DNA of 64,000 bases. Origin: Pirellulales bacterium (GTDB lineage Bacteria > Planctomycetota > Planctomycetia > Pirellulales > PLA5). Where the stretch lies: assembly GCA_040901705.1 (NCBI GenBank), contig JBBDYI010000290.1:18686-82685 (forward strand). The letters are read 5' to 3'. Every line of letters begins with the position of its first letter. Position 1 is the first letter of the stretch. The notes beneath the pieces were generated by a model. The model was not told the origin of the DNA. It ran no database searches and saw only the letters and a program-made list of their open reading frames with translations. The position numbers and the translations under genes are program-made. Positions 26,963 through 36,914 of this stretch are shown one piece after another.

Positions 26963-27190
26963 TCGGTGCGCACAAGCGGGTTGAAACCTTGCGTCTCAGG
27001 TTGCCCCCAGCGCCGCTTCATTGTAACGCAACGAGGGGGTATTCGGCAAAACCCGGCTGCTATTGGCGGTTGAAATCGGCTTTGCAGCAACCGACGCACC
27101 GAATTCCTTCGTCCTCGATTCGCTCGTCCGGTATTTCCCCGTCCTCAGAGGTTGTGAAAGAATCGAATACGCACAAATCCGACCGCAACC

Positions 27191-27251
27191 TGTAGGGTGC
27201 TCTGTGAGCACCTTGGCACAACACTTTGTGGTGCTCACAGAGCACCCTACA
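27191..27251. repeat. Compound hairpin made of two inverted copies of the GGTGCTC-TGY-GAGCACC unit
   Basis: tgtagggtgctctgtgagcacc (27191-27212) and ggtgctcacagagcaccctaca (27230-27251) are perfect reverse complements. An inner cacaa/ttgtg pairing lies in the spacer. The element sits in a divergent intergenic region. Confidence 0.8.
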
Positions 27252-27450
27252 TTTATTCACAACCTCTCGCGGCTCCAGGTCGCGCTGCTGTCGCCGAATA
27301 CGACCGGCCAGCCGATGCATTCAACCCAAAGTCACACGCGCGGCAATTGGCCCACAGTATTCCGCGTTAAGGTTTGCGCAATCGTCAGGACGATAACGAC
27401 CGACAGGGACCGTTGCGCTGCGCGAGGACGCACCGCGGTGTTCGGATCGT

Positions 27451-28308
27451 TTGCTGCGACCTCGTTCTATGGAGATAACATCGATGCCGAAGGATCGCTG
27501 CGCCAGCGCCGACCAACCAAGCCCATTCGCCGAGTCGAACTACCGCGCTGCCCTGGTCGTCGCGCATCCGGGCCACGAGATGCGCGTTCACGGCTGGCTC
27601 GAAGCGGCGTGTCCCGCCGTGTTCGTGCTCACCGATGGTTCGGGCCGCGCTAGCCGTTCGCGGCTGGCCTCGACCGAACGGTTGTTGTCGCGAGCCGGCG
27701 CACAGCCGGGAACGATCTTCGGGCGGACCACCGACCGTCGGCTCTACGACCGGCTGCTGCGCCGCGATTGCGACTGGTTCGACGCCCTGACCGACGAATT
27801 GGCCGACGAGCTGATTCGTCTCGACGTCGATACGGTCGTTGGCGACCCGCGCGAGGCGGCGATCATGGCCCACGACGTGCTTCACGGCGTAATCGACGCG
27901 GCAATCGATCGCGTCGCGGCGCGCACGGGTCGACTGCTGGCGAGTTATGCGTTTCCGCTCGATTTGTCGCCGCTGGCGTGTCCGGCCCAATCGCGAGCGA
28001 TTTCGCATTGCGTCGCGCTCGACAACGCCGCGTACCGACGCAAACTTGCTGCTGCCCGAGACTACTCGGAATTGCAAGACGAGGTCGACGCGGCGCTATC
28101 GAAATACGGCCCCGATTCCTTCCGGCATAATCTGCTGTTTCCTGTCTCGCGCGACGGTCTCTGCTGCGACAACGCGACGAAGCCGGCCTATGAAACGCAC
28201 GGCGAGCAACTCGTCGCCCAGGGAGTCTATCCCGACGTGGTGCGATGGAGCGATCACGTCCATCCGCTGCTCTCGGCGCTTGGCGCAACGTATGCCGAGG
28301 TGGCCTGA
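27451..28308 (+). CDS. PIG-L/LmbE-like deacetylase family protein with atypical active-site motif
   Basis: 285 aa (TTG start per the track; an in-frame ATG lies at 27469). ALVVAHPGHEMRVHGWL aligns to the family AHPDDE block but reads HPGHE. The stop overlaps the next start (ATGA at 28306-28310). Confidence 0.55.
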   Translation: MLRPRSMEITSMPKDRCASADQPSPFAESNYRAALVVAHPGHEMRVHGWLEAACPAVFVLTDGSGRASRSRLASTERLLSRAGAQPGTIFGRTTDRRLYDRLLRRDCDWFDALTDELADELIRLDVDTVVGDPREAAIMAHDVLHGVIDAAIDRVAARTGRLLASYAFPLDLSPLACPAQSRAISHCVALDNAAYRRKLAAARDYSELQDEVDAALSKYGPDSFRHNLLFPVSRDGLCCDNATKPAYETHGEQLVAQGVYPDVVRWSDHVHPLLSALGATYAEVA

Positions 28309-29441
28309 TGGAGTCGCTGTGCGTGCTGCTCACTAACGCGACGCTGGCCGGTCGCTCGGGCACGGAGCTATACGTTCGCGACGTGGCCACCGCGCTGCTC
28401 CGCGCCGGACATCGCCCCGTAGTGTATAGCCCGCGGCTCGGACCGTTGGCCGACGAGTTGCGCCGCGCGACGGTGCCGACGGTCGATGATCTGGAGAGTG
28501 TCGGCGTCACGCCCGACGTGATACACGCTCACCACGCGCTCGAATCGCTCACGGCGCTGCTGCGGTTTCCACAAACGCCGGCCGTATTCGTCTGCCACGA
28601 CTGGTCGGCGTGGCACGACGAACCGCCGCGGCTCGATCGCGTGCGGCGGTACATCGCGGTGGATGACACCTGCCGCGATCGCCTCGTCGGGCAGTGCGGC
28701 ATCGCCGCCGGTCGCATATCGGTGCTTCAAAACGCCGTCGATCTCGCACGATTCCTTCCTCGCGAGGTCTCGCTGCCGCCGCGGCCGCGACGTGCGTTGG
28801 TAATGAGCAACTACGTCCAGCGCGACGCCGTGCTGGCGAACATCCGCGCCGCGTGCGACCGCCGCGACATTGCGCTCGACGCCGTCGGTCTGCGAATGAG
28901 CGGCGCATGCGACGCACCAGAACACATGCTCGGCGGCTACGACCTGGTGTTCGCCAAGGGCCGCTGCGCGCTCGAGGCGATGGCCAGTGGCGCGGCGGTG
29001 ATCGTTTGCGATCGCACCGGCATGGGGCCGATGGTCACTTCGGCCGATTTTCCGCGGCTTCGTCGCTGGAACTTCGGCCGCCGCCTGTTGCAACAACCGG
29101 TCCGAACGCCAACGGTCGTCGGCGAGATCGACCGCTACGATGCCGCCGACGCCGCCCGCGTATCGAAAATCGTCCGCGACACGGCCGGTCTCGATCCGCT
29201 CGTCGCGCGGCTGGTCGGTGTGTATCGCGACGCCATCGACGAACATCGCGCCGCCACCGCCGAGACAATGCCGGACGTCGCAGCCGAAATCGCCGCCGAG
29301 TACCGCGCCATTGCCCGCCACTTGCGCTGGTGGGCGGTGACGTGGGAGCCGCTATTACGCGAAGAGGCGCTGCGCTATCGCCGGGCCGGATTGATTGCCC
29401 GGCTCGGCCGCTCGCTCGGCAAGCGTGCTGTGGCGATTTAG
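28308..29441 (+). CDS. Glycosyltransferase, GT-B fold (GT4-like)
   Basis: Start chosen at 28308 (MESLCVLLTNATLAGRSGTELYVRDVATALLRAGHRPVVYSP, a GT4 N-domain pattern). C-domain GRCALEAMASGAAVIVCD. Confidence 0.75.
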   Translation: MESLCVLLTNATLAGRSGTELYVRDVATALLRAGHRPVVYSPRLGPLADELRRATVPTVDDLESVGVTPDVIHAHHALESLTALLRFPQTPAVFVCHDWSAWHDEPPRLDRVRRYIAVDDTCRDRLVGQCGIAAGRISVLQNAVDLARFLPREVSLPPRPRRALVMSNYVQRDAVLANIRAACDRRDIALDAVGLRMSGACDAPEHMLGGYDLVFAKGRCALEAMASGAAVIVCDRTGMGPMVTSADFPRLRRWNFGRRLLQQPVRTPTVVGEIDRYDAADAARVSKIVRDTAGLDPLVARLVGVYRDAIDEHRAATAETMPDVAAEIAAEYRAIARHLRWWAVTWEPLLREEALRYRRAGLIARLGRSLGKRAVAI

Positions 29442-29731
29442 CAGGCGTCGGCCAGCGCACTGCGGCGGCAATGGCGTCGCATCGCACCCGGCCGACGCTG
29501 CGCATGAGTCCGCGGAACGTCGCGCGAGACTTTCCCGCGCCGAGGCACGGTGATATGATGGTCCCGGACGTTGATTTCAGTCCGACAGTGGTCGTCGGCG
29601 TCGCTCGTCCGCGGGCAGCCACCGCCGTTCGCGGGCTGCCACCGTGTCGCGCGGGCGGCCCTTCCTGTCAACGCGATAGTTGAGGCGGTCGCTGAGCGGT
29701 TCCCCTTCTCCCATCGATCCAAGGCGAAACC

Positions 29732-30784
29732 TTGCCAGACGCCGCCGCGCCAGCCCCATACGATGCCGTGCTTGTCGTCGGATTTGGCGGACCGGAAGGC
29801 CCCGACGACGTCATGCCGTTTTTGGAAAACGTGCTCCGCGGCAAGAACGTGCCACGGGAGCGGATGCTGGAAGTTGCTGAGCACTACGATCATTTCGGCG
29901 GGGTGAGTCCGCTCAACGATCAAGTCCGGGCGTTGCTGGCGGCGCTCGTCGCGAGCATGAACGAACGCGGACCGCGATTGCCGGTCTATTGGGGCAACCG
30001 CAACTGGCATCCGCTGCTCGCCGATACGCTGGCCGAAATGCGCGACGACGGCATCGGTCGTGCCATCGCCCTCGTTCTGGCCGCCTACAGTTCGTATTCC
30101 AGTTGCCGCCAGTACCGCGAAGACATCGCCAGGGCGCAAGCAGCAGTCGGCGAAGGCGCGCCGCAGGTCGACAAGATTCGCGTGTTCTACAACCACCCGC
30201 TGTTCGTCGAGGTGTGGACCGAACGGCTGAATGCTGCTCTGGCGAAGATACCGGAACCGCGCCGCGCAGCGACACAAATCGTCTTTTGCGCCCACAGCAT
30301 CCCGGCGGCAATGGCCGGCGGCTGCCAGTACGAGCCGCAATTGCTCGAAGCGTGTCGGCTCGTCGGCGAAGCGACCGGCCGCACCGACTGGAAGCTGGTC
30401 TACCAAAGCCGCAGCGGACCGCCCACGCACCCCTGGCTCGGACCCGACGTGTGCGATTACCTGCGCGAGCTGCACGCCGCCAAACGGCCCGCGGACGTGG
30501 TCGTCGCGCCGATCGGCTTTCTCTCCGACCACATGGAAGTGATCTACGATCTCGACACCGAAGCTCGGGGCCTGTGCAACGAACTCGGTATCCACCTCGT
30601 TCGCGCCGCAACGCCCGGCACGCATCCCAAAATGGTCGAGATGTTTCGCCAATTGATCGAAGAGCGCGTCGGCGATTCGTCCAGCAGCCGCGCCATGGGC
30701 CGCCACGCCATCGGTCGCGACGGGCCGAGCCACGACGTGTGCCCGGAGGATTGCTGCCCTTCCGGCCGGCCGACGCGCGGATGA
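29732..30784 (+). CDS. hemH: Ferrochelatase
   Basis: 350 aa. YDAVLVVGFGGPEGPDDVMPFLENV, FCAHSIP and APIGFLSDHMEVIYDLD are ferrochelatase blocks. TTG start per the track; the exact start is uncertain. Confidence 0.9.
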   Translation: MPDAAAPAPYDAVLVVGFGGPEGPDDVMPFLENVLRGKNVPRERMLEVAEHYDHFGGVSPLNDQVRALLAALVASMNERGPRLPVYWGNRNWHPLLADTLAEMRDDGIGRAIALVLAAYSSYSSCRQYREDIARAQAAVGEGAPQVDKIRVFYNHPLFVEVWTERLNAALAKIPEPRRAATQIVFCAHSIPAAMAGGCQYEPQLLEACRLVGEATGRTDWKLVYQSRSGPPTHPWLGPDVCDYLRELHAAKRPADVVVAPIGFLSDHMEVIYDLDTEARGLCNELGIHLVRAATPGTHPKMVEMFRQLIEERVGDSSSSRAMGRHAIGRDGPSHDVCPEDCCPSGRPTRG

Positions 30785-30790
30785 TCGACT

Positions 30791-31531
30791 ATGAGCGAAC
30801 CGATTCCCAACCGCGGTACGATGCGGCGACGGGCCGTGATCGGCGCGGTGGTGGTGGTGGCGCTCGGCGCGCTTGCCGTGCGTTATCGGAGCGAGTTGAC
30901 GCTCGACAATCTCGTGACGCACGAAACGGCGCTCCGCGAGTTCGTCGATCGGCGTCTCGTCTTGGCGTTGGTGGCGGCGTTCGCCCTCTACGTCGGCGTC
31001 ACCGCGGCGTCGCTGCCCATCGCCACGATCCTCACGCTCGCTCTGTCGTGGTTGTTCGGATTTGGACGCGGCGTGGCGCTGGTGAGCTTTGCGTCGACGA
31101 CGGGCGCGACCGTGGCGTTCTTGATGAGCCGGTTTCTGCTCGGCAACTGGGTCCAATCGCGCTACGCCGACCGGCTCGCCCGGTTCAACGAAATGCTCGA
31201 CCGCGAAGGCGCGTTCTACCTGTTCGCCCTGCGGCTCGCACCTTACGTGCCGTTCGTCGTCATCAATCTCGTCATGGGACTGACCCGCATCCGCGTCCGC
31301 ACGTTCTGGTGGGTCAGCCAACTGGGCATGTTGCCGGCGACCGCGGTCTACGTGTCGGTCGGCGCGAACCTATCCGGCCCACGAGAAATCCAAGAGCGCG
31401 GCGTGACGGGCATCCTCACGTGGCAACTAGCGGCGGCGCTCGTCGCACTCGGACTGCTGCCGCTCGTCGGACGCTGGGCCACAAAGCGGATGCGCACGCC
31501 GCAACGCCCACTGCCTACCGATGCGAATTAG
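30791..31531 (+). CDS. TVP38/TMEM64 (DedA-related, SNARE-associated) family membrane protein
   Basis: 246 aa. FGFGRGVALVSFASTTGATVAFLMSRFLLGNWV...FALRLAPYVPFVVINLVMGLT matches the family signature. Confidence 0.8.
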   Translation: MSEPIPNRGTMRRRAVIGAVVVVALGALAVRYRSELTLDNLVTHETALREFVDRRLVLALVAAFALYVGVTAASLPIATILTLALSWLFGFGRGVALVSFASTTGATVAFLMSRFLLGNWVQSRYADRLARFNEMLDREGAFYLFALRLAPYVPFVVINLVMGLTRIRVRTFWWVSQLGMLPATAVYVSVGANLSGPREIQERGVTGILTWQLAAALVALGLLPLVGRWATKRMRTPQRPLPTDAN

Positions 31532-31686
31532 ACGCGGTGCCTCGTGAATGGCCGCTGGCCACAACCACGAACACGCATATTCGTAACTATTTAGCCGGTT
31601 GGAGCGGACCACGGATTTCCTAGCGCGGCCGCTGGCCGCCACCAAAGCGGTCCGGCAAGTGCATTCGACACACGGAGCCGACCGCG

Positions 31687-34600
31687 TTACTCCAATTCGA
31701 TCAACAAATCGCCCGACTCGACCTGGCTGCCGGGCTTGACCAGCACGCTGCCGACTTTGCCTTGGCGCTCAGCGTAGATCGTCGACTCCATCTTCATCGC
31801 TTCGAGCGTGAGCAGCTTTTGCCCCTTCGCGACGTTGTCGCCGGCTTGCACGGCGACCGCGACCACCATGCCGGGCATCGCCGCGCCGATATGGTTCGCA
31901 TTCGCTGCGTCGGCTTGCGCCCGCTTGGGCACGTCGGCTTCTAGCGAATGGTCGACGACGCTCAGGTCGCGCGGCTGGCCATTGAGTTCAAAAAACACGT
32001 TGCGACGACCATCGGGATGCGGATCGCCGATGGTGAGGAACTTGATCATCAGCGTCTTGCCCGGTTCGATGTCGACGGCGACCTCCTCGCCGGTTTCGAT
32101 GCCGTGGAAGAAGACGGGCGTGGGCAGATCGCTGGTGTCGGAATAAGCCTGCCGATGCTGCACGAACTCGCGGAACACTTTCGGATACAGCAGGTACGTC
32201 ACCACGTCGCGGTCGGTCGGCTTGCGGTGCATGAAGCCTTCGACCGTGACGGCGGCTTCCTGGAAATCGGCCGGCGGCATGCTCGCGCCGGGCCGGCCGC
32301 GGACCGGTTTGCGGTCGCGGAGAATGCGGTCGCGAACCTTCTTGGGAAATCCGCCGTAGGGCTGGCCCATGTTGCCGATCAACAGATCGATCACCGAGGC
32401 GGGAAAGGCCAGGTCGCGGTTTTCGTCGAGCACGTCAGTGGTTTGAAAATTGTTGGCGACGAGAAACAGCGCCATGTCGCCGACGGCTTTCGACGTCGGC
32501 GTCACCTTGACGATGTCGCCGAGCAGTTGATTCACCTCGGCGTAGCGATGGCAAACCTCGGGCCAGCGGTCGGCCAAACCCAAAGCGCGGGCCTGCTCGA
32601 ATAGGTTCGTGTACTGCCCGCCGGGCATTTCGTGGCTGTACAGTTCGGCCGTCGCCGCCAGCGAAGCGCTCTCGAACGGAGTGTAGAACTCGCGGGCTTC
32701 GCGCCAGTATTCGGCGATCTCGTCGAGACCTTGTGCGGCGAGGCCCGTGTCGCGGGGCGTGAAGCGAAGCGCCTCGACAAGCGTATTGAGATTCACCTGC
32801 GACGTGCCGCCGGCCAGCGGAGCGAATGCCGTGTCGGCAATGTCGAGCTTGACCTCTGAGGCTTTGACGATCGATCCGGCCTGAATGCCCGCGGTGTCGT
32901 GTGTGTGAAAGTGGATCGGAATGCCGATCTCCTGCTTGAGCGTTTTGACGAGCAGCTCGGCGGCGTAGGGCTTGCATAGGCCGGCCATGTCCTTGATGGC
33001 CAGGATGTGCGCGCCCATCTTTTCGAGTTCCTTGGCCATCGCGACGTAGTAGGCCAGGTCGTACTTCGTGCGATTGGGGTCGAGGATGTCGCCGGTGTAG
33101 CAGATGGCCGCTTCGCAAAGTCCGCCGTGCTTGTGAACGGCGTCCATGGCGACTTTCATATTCGATGTGCTGTTGAGCGCGTCGAAGATGCGAAACACGT
33201 CGATGCCGGCGCCGGCCGCTTCCTTGACGAACGCTTTGACGATGTTGTCGGGATAGTTGGTGTAGCCGACGGCGTTCGACGCCCGCAGCAGCATTTGGAA
33301 CAGGATGTTGGGAATCCGCTCGCGAAGATCGGCGAGCCGTTGCCAGGGACATTCCTTCAAAAACCGCATCGCCGTGTCGAACGTCGCCCCGCCCCACATT
33401 TCCAGCGAGAACAGATCGGGGCATCGGTGCGCGTATGCGTCCGCGATGTTGAGCAGTTCCTTCGTCCGCAGCCGCGTGGCCAACAGCGACTGATGGGCGT
33501 CGCGCATCGTCGTGTCGGTCAACAACAGCGGCTTGTGCTTGAGAATCCACTGACAAAACTTTTCCGCGCCCAGTTTCTGGTAACGCTGCCGCATGCCGTC
33601 GGGAATCGGCTCGCTCGGATCGATGTCGGGCGTCTGAGCGGGCAAGCGTCGCGTCGACTTCGGCCGATCCTTCACTAGCGGGTTGCCGTTCACCGCATTT
33701 TCGGCCAGAAACGTCAACAACCGCGTGGCCCGGTCGCGGCGCTTGGGAAGGATGAACAGATCCGGCGTCTCGTCGATGAACCGCGTCGTGCATCGGCCTT
33801 CGAGAAACGACGTATTGGTGATCAGCTTGATGAGGAATTGCAGGTTCGTCTTTACGCCGCGGACGCGAAACTCCTGCAAGCAGCGCTCCATCCGCGCCGC
33901 CGCATCGACGAACCGCCGCCCGCGCGCCGTCACCTTCACCAGCAAAGAATCGTAAAACGGATTCACCACCGCGCCCGAAAACGCGCTGCCCGCATCGAGA
34001 CGAATGCCCATGCCGCTGGCCGAACGGTAATGCGTCATGCGGCCATAGTCGGGCATGAAATTGTTCGTCGGGTCTTCGGTCGTCACGCGGCACTGGATCG
34101 CAAAACCGGTCGTCGCCACGTCCTTCTGCGAAGCGATGCCGATCTCCGGATCGGCCAACGGCACGCCCTGAGCGACAAGAATCTGCGACTTGATCAAATC
34201 GACGCCGGTGACTTCCTCAGTGACCGTGTGTTCCACCTGAATCCGCGGATTGACCTCGATGAAGTAAAACTCGCCGCTGTCGCGATCGACGAGAAACTCC
34301 ACCGTGCCGGCGCACTCGTACTTTACCGCCCGGCCGATCGCCAGCGCCGATTCGCACAGGCTGTCGCGAAGTTCTTTGGCCAGATACGGCGCAGGCGCAA
34401 TCTCGACGACCTTTTGATGCCGCCGCTGGACCGTGCAATCCCGCTCGAGCAGATGCACGAGATTCCCGTGCTTGTCGCCGAGAAGTTGCACTTCGATATG
34501 CCGGGCGTTGGCCACCAGCTTTTCGATGAACACGTCCGGGCTGCCAAAAGCGGTCTGCGATTCGCGCTGGGCCTGCTCGAATGCGTTCACAAACTCGTCT

Positions 34601-35136
34601 GCCGTCTTGACGATCCGCATCCCGCGACCGCCGCCCCCCTTGGCCGCTTTGAGTATCACCGGGTAGCCGATCTTTTCGGCCTGCTTTTTGCCTTCGGTCG
34701 TCGAGCGAACCGCTTCCTTCGTGCCGCCAAGCACGGGCACGCCGATCTTCTCGGCCGTGTTGCGGGCGAACGTCTTGTCGCCAAGGTTTTCCAGAGCGTC
34801 GACCGTCGGCCCGACATACGTGATGCCGCTGTCCGCACACGCACGGGCAAAGTCCGGGTTCTCGGACAGGAATCCATAGCCGGGATGAATCCCATCGATG
34901 CCGTGCCGCCGGGCGACGTCGATGATCCCTTCGATGTCGAGGTACGCCCGGATTGGCTCGCCCTTGCGGCCAACCTGGTAAGACTCGTCGGCCTTGAACC
35001 GATGCAGCGCGAAGCGGTCCTCGTGAGAATAGATCGCCACGGTGCGGATGCCCATCTCATGGGCGGACCGAAAAACGCGAGTCGCGATCTCGCTACGATT
35101 GGCGACGAGGAGTTTGGTTATATTCTTGATTGACAT
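31687..35136 (-). CDS. pyc: Pyruvate carboxylase
   Basis: 1149 aa. N-terminal biotin carboxylase (KLLVANRSEIATRVFRSAHEMGI), central carboxyltransferase (LTDTTMRDAHQSLLATR) and C-terminal biotinyl site LEAMKME. Confidence 0.96.
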   Translation of the reverse strand: MSIKNITKLLVANRSEIATRVFRSAHEMGIRTVAIYSHEDRFALHRFKADESYQVGRKGEPIRAYLDIEGIIDVARRHGIDGIHPGYGFLSENPDFARACADSGITYVGPTVDALENLGDKTFARNTAEKIGVPVLGGTKEAVRSTTEGKKQAEKIGYPVILKAAKGGGGRGMRIVKTADEFVNAFEQAQRESQTAFGSPDVFIEKLVANARHIEVQLLGDKHGNLVHLLERDCTVQRRHQKVVEIAPAPYLAKELRDSLCESALAIGRAVKYECAGTVEFLVDRDSGEFYFIEVNPRIQVEHTVTEEVTGVDLIKSQILVAQGVPLADPEIGIASQKDVATTGFAIQCRVTTEDPTNNFMPDYGRMTHYRSASGMGIRLDAGSAFSGAVVNPFYDSLLVKVTARGRRFVDAAARMERCLQEFRVRGVKTNLQFLIKLITNTSFLEGRCTTRFIDETPDLFILPKRRDRATRLLTFLAENAVNGNPLVKDRPKSTRRLPAQTPDIDPSEPIPDGMRQRYQKLGAEKFCQWILKHKPLLLTDTTMRDAHQSLLATRLRTKELLNIADAYAHRCPDLFSLEMWGGATFDTAMRFLKECPWQRLADLRERIPNILFQMLLRASNAVGYTNYPDNIVKAFVKEAAGAGIDVFRIFDALNSTSNMKVAMDAVHKHGGLCEAAICYTGDILDPNRTKYDLAYYVAMAKELEKMGAHILAIKDMAGLCKPYAAELLVKTLKQEIGIPIHFHTHDTAGIQAGSIVKASEVKLDIADTAFAPLAGGTSQVNLNTLVEALRFTPRDTGLAAQGLDEIAEYWREAREFYTPFESASLAATAELYSHEMPGGQYTNLFEQARALGLADRWPEVCHRYAEVNQLLGDIVKVTPTSKAVGDMALFLVANNFQTTDVLDENRDLAFPASVIDLLIGNMGQPYGGFPKKVRDRILRDRKPVRGRPGASMPPADFQEAAVTVEGFMHRKPTDRDVVTYLLYPKVFREFVQHRQAYSDTSDLPTPVFFHGIETGEEVAVDIEPGKTLMIKFLTIGDPHPDGRRNVFFELNGQPRDLSVVDHSLEADVPKRAQADAANANHIGAAMPGMVVAVAVQAGDNVAKGQKLLTLEAMKMESTIYAERQGKVGSVLVKPGSQVESGDLLIELE

Positions 35137-35298
35137 TGGCCGATTGACGCACCGAGGCGGTGGAAAATGACTAGACGCGGTGGAAGCGGCGTTAGTTTAG
35201 CGGCCGTACCTGGGGCCGTCGATGCGAGGAACGCGAGGGGGACGGCGTTGGACGCGGACGCTTCCGGAAAAAAACGGTTTATTTGACCAAGTACGCGT

Positions 35299-35330
35299 CC
35301 CAGAACTGTGAGAGGCGAATCCTTTCGCAG
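35299..35330. repeat. Second locus of the GAGGCGAATCC repeat family (degenerate)
   Basis: cccagaactgtgagaggcgaatcctttcgcag versus cccagaactgtaggaggcgaatccattcgccg at 23335-23366. Only a weak inverted partner is present (ggattcgtcgc near 35391). Confidence 0.55.
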
Positions 35331-35463
35331 TCGGAATCGCTCGACAGTGGAATCGGCGACGTGGCGGCGAATTGCGTCCTGATGCGGGCCGGATTCGTCG
35401 CAAAAGATCACTGCCGCGATTTCGCGAGCGAGCAGAATCGCGATTGCCGGCGGTGGCTATGCG

Positions 35464-36654
35464 TCAGGAGTGCTTCCCGACGGTCGTTGCGCGGCGATAT
35501 TCGCCCGGAGTGACTTTCATGCACCGGCGGAAGAAGGCGATCATGTACTCCGAATACGCAAAGCCGGATAGGTTCGCGATTACCGACAAGGTGTACTCCG
35601 TTTCGGTCAGCAATTGCTTGACCCGCTCCAATCGTACTCGATTGATCTCGGCCAACGGCGAACGGCCGAGCCGGCGTTGCATCCGCCGTTCCAGCGTCGT
35701 GCGCGAAACTCCGACGTGCCGCACCACGTCGGCGACGTCGATGCCATCGCTGGCGTGGCTGCGAATGAAACGCAGCGCCGTCGCTACGGCCCGGTCGTCG
35801 AGGGCATAGACGTCGGTCGACGCGCGAACGACCACTCGCAGCGGCGCAACCGGACGCGGCGGGACTGCGTTGCGCTCTCCTTTCATCATCCGCTGTAGAA
35901 GTTCGGCGGCTTGGTAGCCGATCCGTTCGGTGTCTTGTTCGACGCTGGTCAATCTTGGGCCGGCCAGTTCGCAAAGTACTTCGTCGTTGTCGACCCCGAT
36001 CACGGCGACGTCGTCGGGCACGGAGATTTGGTGTTCGCGACAGACGTTCAATACTTGCAGTCCACGAATGTCGTTGCATGCGATGACGCCGACCGGCTTT
36101 GGGAGTCCGCACAGCCACTTCGCCAATTGTTTCTCGTGCGTCAGTCCGGCCGCTTCGATGTCCATCGTCGTTATCGTTGCCACGCCGCGTTGCTGCGGTT
36201 CGTCGTAAACGCATATGGGCAATGCGGCCGCCATAAGCGACTCGGCGAAATATCGTTCGCGCCGTTCGGAATAAACGGCGCCGGCAAAGCCGCAGAACGC
36301 CAGATTGCGAAAGCCGCGCTCGCGCAAATGATCGATCGCCATTTGCGTCACCGCTCGGTCGTCGGTTTCAATGACCGGCGTTCGAGGCAGCGGATACGTC
36401 CCCGTCAAGTCGATTGCCGGCAGCTTCGAACGGGTCAACCGCCGAGCCAGCGCCGGCGTTTCCACACGGGCAATGATGCCATCGCCCGCCCAACGCCGCA
36501 GCCACAGTGGCGCGTTTGCCGAAAGCAGTTGTTCCTGGTGATAGATGGACCAGTTGCCGGCGGTGCGAGCGAAGGCGGCGATACCTCGGAGCACACCGCG
36601 TCCGTATTCACGCGACGACTCGACGAGCAATCCGACTTTGAACGTCTCGGCCAT
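35464..36654 (-). CDS. XylR-type regulator (periplasmic-binding-protein-like sugar domain + AraC HTH)
   Basis: 396 aa. N-terminus FKVGLLVESSREYGRGVLRGIAAF...WSIY, typical of XylR-like regulators. C-terminal AraC HTH ...RVRLERVKQLLTETEYTLSVIANLSGFAYSEYMIAFFRRCMKVTPGEYRR. Confidence 0.85.
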   Translation of the reverse strand: MAETFKVGLLVESSREYGRGVLRGIAAFARTAGNWSIYHQEQLLSANAPLWLRRWAGDGIIARVETPALARRLTRSKLPAIDLTGTYPLPRTPVIETDDRAVTQMAIDHLRERGFRNLAFCGFAGAVYSERRERYFAESLMAAALPICVYDEPQQRGVATITTMDIEAAGLTHEKQLAKWLCGLPKPVGVIACNDIRGLQVLNVCREHQISVPDDVAVIGVDNDEVLCELAGPRLTSVEQDTERIGYQAAELLQRMMKGERNAVPPRPVAPLRVVVRASTDVYALDDRAVATALRFIRSHASDGIDVADVVRHVGVSRTTLERRMQRRLGRSPLAEINRVRLERVKQLLTETEYTLSVIANLSGFAYSEYMIAFFRRCMKVTPGEYRRATTVGKHS

Positions 36655-36914
36655 ATCAGCGAACGGGCCTGCAATCGAAAGTAATGTGAGCGGAAACCTT
36701 ACTCGGCCGGACGGCTATCGGCGCTTCGGTGCAACCGTTTTGTCAATAATCACCAATGGCATGCCGCATTTTCATAGTTTATTTCATGCGAATCCTCAGT
36801 GACAGGATGTCGGCCAGCAAATAGCCTAGACATTGTAGCAGCCTATGCGCATCGGCGACGCGCAACCGCATCGATCGCCTTCGATTCATGCTCAATCCAT
36901 CCGGGAGCGAACTA

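Noticed and set aside
29438-31321. 627-aa minus-strand ORF, the longest unannotated ORF in this region
   Set aside because: It is antisense to hemH and the TVP38 gene, both of which have strong family motifs. Its product is an Arg/Ala/Gly/His-rich low-complexity string with no motif. This is a typical high-GC shadow ORF.
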